Shown: one piece after another, positions 9,949-17,794 of the stretch
How positions within the stretch are numbered: the first letter of the stretch is position 1
How the letters are laid out: every line of letters starts with the position of its first letter
From: a virus
Lineage: Duplodnaviria > Caudoviricetes
IMG/VR virus record: IMGVR_UViG_3300013382_000001
Span: 1 to 64,000 of that record
Direction: 5' to 3' (one strand)
Length of the DNA: 64,000 bases
Program-made: the position numbers and the translations under genes
The notes under the pieces: model-generated
Database searches by the model: none
What the model saw: the letters and a program-made list of their open reading frames with translations, nothing else
Told to the model about the DNA's origin: nothing

Positions 9949-10542
9949 CAGGCAGCTATCGACAATGCAAAGCGCACTTACGATATTGACCTTAACTCAG
10001 AAATACGACGCATAAAATTAGAGCTTGACATTAGAACTCATGGTTATCCACGATTTTGGCTTTATGTCAATTATACAACGCCAAAAGAAAAAATCAATCA
10101 TTCGCTTCAATGTCCAATGAATGTGTTATTTGATTATAAACCACCCAAGATTCGTTCTAATGAATCAACTTTGCCGATGTGTTATTTTTATAATTATTAT
10201 CCGCTTAAAGATGATAGGCGTAAATCGAAAAAAGTTGAAGCACTTATTGAGGATTTTGGATTAAAACTCTATCAAAATGTTATGGATGATATAAATGATG
10301 ATTTAATATTAAGAGATGATTTTGATAAAATGATTGATTCCATTAGACAAATTTATATATCAAAAGAATATTTAGGATTGTTTAGTTGGTTAATAAATAG
10401 GGCTTTTCATATGAGAATAAATATCGATGGTAAAACAAAAAAACAAAGGGCTAAAACTGAAAAAAATAAAGCTCTTTTACTAAAAACATTATACACTATT
10501 AATCCAGTAAATTTACTTAAAATTTTCCAAAAAACTACATAA
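9949..10542 (+). CDS. yonO: YonO-like RNA polymerase, exon 2
   Basis: QAAIDNAKR, PRFW, CPMN; in frame after intron removal. Confidence 0.88.
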   Translation, partial: QAAIDNAKRTYDIDLNSEIRRIKLELDIRTHGYPRFWLYVNYTTPKEKINHSLQCPMNVLFDYKPPKIRSNESTLPMCYFYNYYPLKDDRRKSKKVEALIEDFGLKLYQNVMDDINDDLILRDDFDKMIDSIRQIYISKEYLGLFSWLINRAFHMRINIDGKTKKQRAKTEKNKALLLKTLYTINPVNLLKIFQKTT

Positions 10543-10803
10543 AATGTGTACATTTTCACTTTTGTAAGAATATGTAAGTATTGAAATTTCAACGATTATA
10601 AGGGTTTAAGTTAAGTTCTTATGTGATAGAAAGTGATTTTTTGTCACATAATTGTTCAGAAATGGCATTTTTGCAAAAGTAGAACGAGCGTTATTTATGC
10701 CAATACGCTATATAAATATGGCGATTGCAATTTATATTTTTTCGTGTCTCGTGCTTCCGTCTTGGAGGTGCGAGACTTTGAAAAGGAAGAAAGGATTTAA
10801 GGT

Positions 10804-11175
10804 ATGGGAGATACAGCACCAAGATTAAGTAAACCTGAAATCATAAGGCTTGTATCTGAATTATCTGGTGTGCCAAAATCAAGGTGTCAAGATGTTATTA
10901 ATGCTTATTTAAATGTTGTTCGAGATAGTTTAACAATTGGACAAGAAGTATATTTAGACCGTATTGGTATTTTGACTCTTAAATACAGAAAGTTTAAAAA
11001 AGGTAGAATGATGCCGAATGTCAATCATCATGGCGAAATGGTTATGACGAAAGACATTCAAGAACATAATTTACCAATTTTTAAAGTATCAAAACAACTT
11101 AAAGATGAGATTAGAGAATTATCGTGGGGAAATCCATTGTGGCAACCAGATAATGTAGAAGAAGAGGAGGATTAA
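10804..11175 (+). CDS. hup: HU/IHF-family DNA-binding protein
   Basis: SKPEIIRLVSE..., VYLDRIGIL, PIFKVSKQLKD. Confidence 0.85.
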   Translation: MGDTAPRLSKPEIIRLVSELSGVPKSRCQDVINAYLNVVRDSLTIGQEVYLDRIGILTLKYRKFKKGRMMPNVNHHGEMVMTKDIQEHNLPIFKVSKQLKDEIRELSWGNPLWQPDNVEEEED

Positions 11176-11179
11176 AGGT

Positions 11180-11374
11180 ATGAAGGATACTTATAGTCGT
11201 AAAACGACAATTAAAGTAATTGGATATTTAACGAAAGATGATATGGGGGATTATATCATTGAAGTTTATGACAAAAAAGACGCATCGCCAATTGTTGTTC
11301 GAGTTGATGAATTGCTTCACGATATGAAAGGTATGCAAGTTGCATTTGTTTCGGAAAGGTGTTGTAATGCGTGA
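11180..11374 (+). CDS. Small protein (YonK-like position and size)
   Basis: 64 aa, synteny with SPbeta-like phages. Confidence 0.55.
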   Translation: MKDTYSRKTTIKVIGYLTKDDMGDYIIEVYDKKDASPIVVRVDELLHDMKGMQVAFVSERCCNA

Positions 11375-12509
11375 TTATCAATCAGAACTTGATATTTTAA
11401 TTGATAAGGTAGAAGGTGTTACAGATAAGAATTGGGTGGAGGTTGTGGACGAACTTGGACTTGAGGTTCATCCAGATTCTCTTCGTAAATCTTTTACTGG
11501 TGGTCGATATTGTGGATACCAAGTTTATAAATATTTTCAAGAAAAACTTGAAAAGGGATATACAGAAGAAGAGTCGATTCGGCTCGAATCTTTAAGACAA
11601 GAATTATATAAAGAAAAATGTAAACTTCAAGATCAAAAACGCGAATATAGGAAACTTTTGCGTGAGCAAGCAAGATATGAACATCTTATTGATAAAATGG
11701 AAAAGGCTATTGGTGCAGTTGAACCTTTAAAGTTAGGTAGTTGTTACGAACCAAATCCATCCGACATCGAGGCTGTTTTAATTTTATCCGATTTTCATTA
11801 TGGACTTGAAGTTGATAATGTGCTTAATGAATATAATACAGAAATTGCAAAAGAACGATTAGATATTTTACTTGATAAAACGATTTATTATTGTAATATT
11901 CATAGAGTGCAAAAGTTGCATCTTGGTTTAGCAGGTGATTTAATTTGTGGAGCAATCCATTTACAATCTCGTGTTGCCGCAGAAGAAGATTTAATAAGTC
12001 AAGTTATTAATGTAAGTGAGTTGCTTGCTAACTTTATTAATTCGCTCAAGTCGAATATTCCAGAAGTTAAAGTATGGGGCGTTGTTGGCAATCATTCAAG
12101 AGTAAATGCTGATAAAAAATCTAATATGCCAGCCGAAAATTTTGAACGACTTATTTTTAAGTATATCGAGGTGAGATTGCCGAGTGTGACAATTGCCACA
12201 AACGGATTAGAAGATTGGATTACTTTTAGAGTAAACGATAAATTAGCGTTTATGACACATGGCGACAAAGATAGTTTAGGTAATATTAAACTTCATGCCG
12301 TAAATCTGCTTGGTGAAGTTCCAGATAGGATTTACTTTGGACATATTCATCATTTAAACATTAAAGATGATAATGGCACAGAGATTGTGGTAAATGGATC
12401 TATTGTGTCTACAGATGAGTATGCTATGGGATTGAGAGTACATACTGAACCTTATCAAATATTGCAAATATTCGATAAGGATGTTTGCACCTATAAATTA
12501 GAGCTTTAA
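11367..12509 (+). CDS. Calcineurin-like metallophosphoesterase (YonJ-like)
   Basis: SDFHYG, AGDL, GNHSR, THGD, GHIHH motifs. Confidence 0.85.
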   Translation: MRDYQSELDILIDKVEGVTDKNWVEVVDELGLEVHPDSLRKSFTGGRYCGYQVYKYFQEKLEKGYTEEESIRLESLRQELYKEKCKLQDQKREYRKLLREQARYEHLIDKMEKAIGAVEPLKLGSCYEPNPSDIEAVLILSDFHYGLEVDNVLNEYNTEIAKERLDILLDKTIYYCNIHRVQKLHLGLAGDLICGAIHLQSRVAAEEDLISQVINVSELLANFINSLKSNIPEVKVWGVVGNHSRVNADKKSNMPAENFERLIFKYIEVRLPSVTIATNGLEDWITFRVNDKLAFMTHGDKDSLGNIKLHAVNLLGEVPDRIYFGHIHHLNIKDDNGTEIVVNGSIVSTDEYAMGLRVHTEPYQILQIFDKDVCTYKLEL

Positions 12510-12537
12510 AAAAATATAAAAAAAATTACATTTACTA

Positions 12538-12565
12538 TTGACTTTTATAGAAAATGAGGTATAAT
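12538..12565 (+). promoter_or_regulatory. sigmaA promoter of the RNA island
   Basis: TTGACT-16 nt-TATAAT. Confidence 0.65.
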
Positions 12566-12700
12566 GATAATATAAAGAGCAAAACCCATTAAGTTTTGAT
12601 AGTGGCTCACCTACCTCTTTATATGATAACATTTTGACTTTGTGTTCTGTTCTTCTTTTCGATTTGTTGTACATTTTTTTAAAGGTGAGCCACAAGATAT

Positions 12701-12777
12701 TGCGGGGTAGACCAGTAGTTAAGTCGCAAGCCTCATAAGCTTGAAATCGTGAGTGCAAATCTCACCCCACGCAACCA
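12701..12777 (+). tRNA. tRNA with CAT anticodon (Met/fMet-like, atypical)
   Basis: CAAGC-CTCATAA-GCTTG anticodon arm, GTGAG-TGCAAAT-CTCAC T arm, encoded CCA; bulged A in acceptor stem. Confidence 0.8.
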
Positions 12778-12859
12778 AGTTTCTGTTTGAGTCATTGGTT
12801 AATATATTATCTAAAATATCGAATTCAATAACGAAATAGATAATATATTAACCACATAT

Positions 12860-12933
12860 AGTGGTATAGTGTAATGGTAGCACAGCAGATTTTGATTCTG
12901 CTAGTTGTGGTTCAAATCCACGTACCACCGCCA
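12860..12933 (+). tRNA. tRNA-Gln(TTG)
   Basis: GCAGA-TTTTGAT-TCTGC anticodon arm, TGTGG-TTCAAAT-CCACG T arm, CCA end. Confidence 0.92.
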
Positions 12934-13116
12934 GTACAATATCTATTTATTAGATATTAAAAGTTTCCGAATCAAGCCAGAGCCTAAGTCTTTATGATAT
13001 GGTAGGCAAGAGCTAAAAACAACGCTATTACCCAATAAGGAAACACCTTAACCAAATCCTTGGATATTGGAAGGATAACATGGGGTAAAACCCCGTGGAA
13101 AGTGCAGGGTATAAAA

Positions 13117-13739
13117 TACAGACAATTTCATAACGTATATCATAACTCGGTGTAGACCAAGAGCATGGTGCCGAGAGCGTGTCCATCCTACGGGTGAGAA
13201 TAGCCTATCCAGAACGATAGCTTTGGAGACGGTTAAAGACTTACATTGCGAGGTGTAAGATGCCACCTATGAATAGAATGGTTCCGGATACGTGTGCTTA
13301 TGCAGTCCTTATCAAAGACACTGTTCCTATCGGTTCCATAATAGAAGCCGAGCGTTAAAAGCGTGGGCTGAACCCAGAAACGGCGTTACTGTGGCAAGTA
13401 ACGTGAAATGAAGCAGTCTGGGAATGCCAATAAGGGATTTTGCTGATGATACTGGTAAAAGCCAGAGTATAAGATAGGGTCAAGGTACGAGTAGCTAAAG
13501 GCAATGACAGTAAGACATTCTTTAATTGAATTAAAAAAAATTCTATACAAGATGCTGAATGTGTAGTGAAAGTTATGGGTAGAAAAATTCCCATGTAGAG
13601 TTTGATGGATTTTCCATCTTGACAAGATGTTGTAGGGTAGCTCCCTATGGCACAGCCTTGTCAATCTAGTGGTCGAATATGATGATGCCTGCAGTTAGTA
13701 GGGCGAAAGTCCATGGTATGCGTTATGAAGTTGTCTGTA
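13117..13739 (+). ncRNA. Large structured RNA, ROOL-like (~620 nt)
   Basis: 27-bp terminal helix 13117-13143/13713-13739 whose only three deviations are G-U wobbles; many internal hairpins; no credible ORF; tRNA-cluster context. Confidence 0.7.
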
Positions 13740-13793
13740 AAAACATTTGAGAGAATTAGAGAATAATAGGATATTTAATATTGAGGTTGTTGT

Positions 13794-14135
13794 ATGGAAT
13801 ATGTAGAACGAAAAAACTATAATAAAGTAATCACGATTAAACTTGTAATCCCAAATGGTTGTAATGCAAAATGTCCATTTTGTTATAATAAGGACAAGAG
13901 TGCATCATATGATAAACAACAATTTTTAGATAATTTTATTAATTCTCTTGATAATCTTATTAATGAAATAGGAGATAAAAATCCAATATCTGTAGACATA
14001 ACGGGTGGAGAGCCAACATTAGATTTAGATTTTTTAACACGGGTATTAATAAAGTTAAAAGATTATAATATACTGAAAAGGGCGCGGGTTCGAGTCTCGC
14101 CGTTTCCATCCTGCGGAACTTGTTATTCGATATAG
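13794..14135 (+). pseudogene. Truncated radical SAM gene running into a tRNA 3' remnant
   Basis: CNAKCPFC and GGEPT motifs, only ~95 native codons, then T-arm GCGGG-TTCGAGT-CTCGC. Confidence 0.75.
14073..14108 (+). pseudogene. tRNA 3' fragment (possibly Phe)
   Basis: CTGAAAA loop-like segment, intact T arm and acceptor 3' strand CGTTTCC-A; no 5' half. Confidence 0.55.
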
Positions 14136-14261
14136 TATGAATAAGTTGAACGAGCTTGCCAAGCTTCTTCTTAGCTCAAATTGGCAAGACTTTTATGAAT
14201 TGGGGTATGTGTTTTCGGATGCATACTTAGCGAGCTAGGGAAACTTGACTCGCTTTATTAT

Positions 14262-14347
14262 GGAGAGTACCCGAATGGTTAGGAACAAGATTTGAAATCT
14301 TGGGTGGCGTAACAGCCTATAGGGTTCGATTCCCTAACTCTCCTCCA
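14262..14347 (+). tRNA. tRNA-Ser(TGA), atypical
   Basis: GGAGAGT/ACTCTCC acceptor, CAAGA-TTTGAAA-TCTTG, long variable arm, T arm, CCA. Confidence 0.85.
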
Positions 14348-14490
14348 AACAGTCGATTGATCTTACCACTAGGACATCGATAGTTGCTGGACGAAGGTAA
14401 GTGTCACGAGCAACCGTTCCTGAAACTCGAGATGAACAGGTGAGCTTTATGTGTCCGTGTACCGGGTAAATAATTCTCAAGCATAAGGTA

Positions 14491-14519
14491 ATCCCCTACG
14501 CAAAGGGGGTATTTTTTTT
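14491..14519 (+). terminator. Intrinsic terminator ending the RNA island
   Basis: CCCCT-ACGCAA-AGGGG then T8. Confidence 0.75.
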
Positions 14520-14548
14520 AATAGGATACCAGGAAGAGAGGATAGAAT

Positions 14549-14794
14549 GTGAAGATTAAAGGATTTGAAGCATTAAGAAATAAGTTAGGTCTTAAACCAT
14601 TAGAGCCTAAACAAGAAAAAGATATAATTTGTCGCAAGTGTGGTGCTGTAATGCACAAGACAGGTGAAAATGTTTATACTTGTGATGGTGTTATAAAAGA
14701 TAAAGAGGGCAATGTAATTAAGAATAAAGATGGTTCTAATAAGCGTTGTGGTAATTTTTATATTAAATCCTCTTTTGTAAATACATATAAATAG
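14549..14794 (+). CDS. Small Zn-ribbon protein
   Basis: CRKCG...C...CGN. Confidence 0.65.
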   Translation: MKIKGFEALRNKLGLKPLEPKQEKDIICRKCGAVMHKTGENVYTCDGVIKDKEGNVIKNKDGSNKRCGNFYIKSSFVNTYK

Positions 14795-14868
14795 CAAATA
14801 TATGTTATACAGATAAATTTAACCTTGCCGATGGTCGGTGGGGTTAAATTTATTTTAAGGAGAAAATT

Positions 14869-15729
14869 ATGAAAAATTATGAGATAAATGGCACTTTTAA
14901 GTTTGAGTTACCAATAGAAGATAATACTTCTAACTCTATTCCAACATTGACCAAAACTCAAAAACAAGAAATGAAACAGCTAATTGAAGATTATTTGTCT
15001 AATAAGAATAAATTCGTGTATGATGGTAGTTTTCGCAGAGAAAGTTATGCTTATCCAAAATCCGTAATATCTCTTAATGGTGATACTAATGGTTGTATGT
15101 ATAAGGGTAAATATATTATGAATTGTGGCATCTTTGCACAAATGATTTGGCTGGGCAGAAGTATTGAAGATTTTAAACCAGTGCCAACCACAGATATTAC
15201 AACAGTCTTTGATTAGGGTTATTATTTTAAGTTTTTAGCTGCTCAAGTAGCATATGGCATTAAAAAAAATTCTACAACTTACTATAAAGATAACACTTAT
15301 GAAAATGATTATGGTGACAGAGCATTTATTACATTTGACAATGCAGCAGCTATGGCTCAAGAACTTTATAAAATGGGTTGTGAAATTTCATATAGTCAAG
15401 CTGACATTGGCGATTTAGTGTTTTACCGCAGTACAAATGTAAGTGATGGAGATATAGATGGTTTAGAACAATCTTCATTTAGATATATTACTCATGTAGG
15501 TATTGTATGCGATATATTCGAAGAAGGTGAATTGACTATCGCAGAAAGTTCAAGTGCATATAAGGCTTGTCTTGGTAAAAGTGGACTTGGAAGTAATGTT
15601 ACAGCGTTTGGTAATGTTCGTGGCGCAGGTCAAGAACAAAGAGTTGTAATGTGTGCAAGACATCCTGTGGCGTTTGGGTTCGAGGGTAATGTGCCACATA
15701 TATTTACTACATATCGTAGAGAGGATTAG
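14869..15729 (+). pseudogene. NlpC/P60-like peptidase interrupted by one in-frame TAG
   Basis: ORFs 14869-15216 and 15352-15729 are one frame broken only by TAG 15214-15216; NCGIF, GDLVFY, THVGI motifs. Confidence 0.75.
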
Positions 15730-15744
15730 AAAGGAAGTGGTTAA

Positions 15745-16197
15745 ATGGCTGCAACTGTAAAAATTACAAAGTTGACAAAACATTTTTCAATAGATGAATA
15801 TACGGTTAATCAGACCGGACAATGTATATTAAATGCAAGTGCTATTTTACAGGCAATTTGTTTAGAAGAATTTAGACAATGGCTTGGAAAAGCGATGAGG
15901 GTAAACGCATGGTATAGAACTGTAGCGTATAATAAATCTGTTGGTGGAAGTTCTTCTTCTTCCCATCTTCGTGGTTGCGCTACAGATTGGAGCGTGCCAA
16001 ATGTTTCCAAAGCAGATTTTATTAAATATGCCAAAAAGTGGAGGAGTATTTGTAAGGCTCATGGTGTAGTTGGCGAAGCAGGATTATACAAATGGGGAAT
16101 TCATTTAGGTAGTTCTATCAAGTATTCTAAAACATTTTATCATTGGGATAGTAGAAGTGGCAAACAAATTAATATGCCGTTTAAAGCATTAAAGTAG
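15745..16197 (+). CDS. Peptidase M15 endolysin
   Basis: YR...N...GG...SSHLRGCATD and IHL motifs. Confidence 0.85.
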   Translation: MAATVKITKLTKHFSIDEYTVNQTGQCILNASAILQAICLEEFRQWLGKAMRVNAWYRTVAYNKSVGGSSSSSHLRGCATDWSVPNVSKADFIKYAKKWRSICKAHGVVGEAGLYKWGIHLGSSIKYSKTFYHWDSRSGKQINMPFKALK

Positions 16198-16205
16198 GTG
16201 GCTCT

Positions 16206-16466
16206 ATGAGGGAGTTATTTAAAAATAAACCATGGAAGAAATGGAAGACAAGAAAAGCTTCATTTATTGGAGTTCTTGTCTTTTTAATTTTATATACAAT
16301 ATTTAGCTTTATTATGTCATGGCACGACCATACGATTGATACTACAGTTACAACAGAAGTATTTAAGACTGGTAGATGGGTTATTATGACAGGAACGAGT
16401 ATTGTGCTTGCCGATTCGGTATCAAAATTGATAAAAAGGAAGGAAGAGGATTCTGATGATGAATGA
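16206..16466 (+). CDS. Holin-like membrane protein
   Basis: Two TM segments, next to endolysin. Confidence 0.6.
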   Translation: MRELFKNKPWKKWKTRKASFIGVLVFLILYTIFSFIMSWHDHTIDTTVTTEVFKTGRWVIMTGTSIVLADSVSKLIKRKEEDSDDE

Positions 16467-16851
16467 ATTTTTTAATGAATTATTAACGAATTTGATATAT
16501 GTAGCAATTGGAGCAGGGTTATTCCTTGTGTCATATTTAAGCAATATGTCTTTTTCGTTATATTATAACATTAAAATTTTAATGCAGAAATTTGACAAAA
16601 ACAAAATAATTAATTCTGCCCTTAGAGTTGCTTCTATAACTGTTGGACTTGCATTGTTATGTATTGCAATTACTACCATTCCACAATTTGCAACTTATGT
16701 AGGTTTAGAAATACCAGCAGAATATATTAACGTTTTTAGTAATTTAGCAATTTTAACATTGTTTGTAACATCTGCTTATAAATATGTTGCCGAGGCATAT
16801 GGTAAGTTTAAGAAGATTTTAGAAACAAGTAAAGATTTAACAGAGATATAG
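16456..16851 (+). CDS. Holin-like membrane protein (3 TM)
   Basis: Three hydrophobic segments, lysis cluster. Confidence 0.65.
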   Translation: MMNEFFNELLTNLIYVAIGAGLFLVSYLSNMSFSLYYNIKILMQKFDKNKIINSALRVASITVGLALLCIAITTIPQFATYVGLEIPAEYINVFSNLAILTLFVTSAYKYVAEAYGKFKKILETSKDLTEI

Positions 16852-16927
16852 GGAGTCATTAGACCTCCCTTATAGATTGGGGTGTGCCTTTGTGCCACCC
16901 CTTAAAGGAATAAAAGGAGGATAAGGA

Positions 16928-17794
16928 ATGGCTACTCAAAAAAAGACATTTGCATATTGTCTTAATCACGAGAAGCAATTACCTGTGACTAAGTTTTACC
17001 CAAGTAAAAATCCGAATCATCATGGATATATGCCATTTTGCAAAGATTGTTGTACTCAAATCTATCAGAGACACTATGAAGAATTTCAAGATTTAGAATC
17101 TGCTATTTGGTTTACTTGTGCAGATGTGGGAATTCCATTCATTAAGAGTTGTTTTGCGACTGTTAAGCGTAAAGTATCTGGTGAGCAATTAAGTAGAGAA
17201 AAGGCATTTGATGGATATATTTCGGCAATGAAAAATTCTAAAGCATCTAATAGCAATAAATGGAAAGAATTTTCAGATACCGATGCTACATTTGGCGAAA
17301 TTCGTACTGCTGTCAATCTCGACGAAGAAAGACAAGAAGAAATTGAAAAACTTCGTATGGCATGGGGTGATGATGCGACAGTTGATGATTTGGGATTTTT
17401 AGAGTGGAGATTTTTAACTTATACGGCAGGAATTGAAACAACAGAATATCAAGCAAGTAGGTATCGTGACCTTTGCATGTGTGAATTGAGGATTAAGAAA
17501 AATATTGATGCTCAGACAAATATGAAATTAAAATCTTCTATAGCAAAAGAACTTGGTATAGATAGATTTGAAATAGACAGAGAAAAGACAGCGGCTGAAA
17601 AATATATTGAGCATGATATATATATGATGGAAAAATATGAGCCTGCTGAATACTATAAAGATAAAAATTTATATAAGGATTTTTTAGGCATTCATAAGTA
17701 TTGGATTGATTGGGTGCTTAGACCTGTGAGAAATTTAATTGTTGGTTCTAAAGATTATGATGTCGATGCGAATAGTAAGTATGGTGATAAGTGA
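16928..17794 (+). CDS. Putative terminase small subunit / Zn-binding packaging protein
   Basis: C...H...FY...CKDC, directly upstream of TerL. Confidence 0.55.
   Translation: MATQKKTFAYCLNHEKQLPVTKFYPSKNPNHHGYMPFCKDCCTQIYQRHYEEFQDLESAIWFTCADVGIPFIKSCFATVKRKVSGEQLSREKAFDGYISAMKNSKASNSNKWKEFSDTDATFGEIRTAVNLDEERQEEIEKLRMAWGDDATVDDLGFLEWRFLTYTAGIETTEYQASRYRDLCMCELRIKKNIDAQTNMKLKSSIAKELGIDRFEIDREKTAAEKYIEHDIYMMEKYEPAEYYKDKNLYKDFLGIHKYWIDWVLRPVRNLIVGSKDYDVDANSKYGDK

Noticed and set aside
13090-13110. RNase P RNA (GGAAAGTGC motif)
   Set aside because: The 5' GAGGAAAGTCC and 3' P4 consensus segments are absent.
12498-13664. Minus-strand ORFs 12498-12758, 13048-13266, 13355-13594, 13386-13664
   Set aside because: Shadows of tRNA/ncRNA sequence with atypical composition; G-U pairing supports + strand RNA.
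15214-15216. Genome-wide amber (TAG) recoding
   Set aside because: TAG ends several genes cleanly before the next RBS (15729, 16197, 28092), core genes are unbroken in code 11, and no CUA suppressor tRNA is visible.
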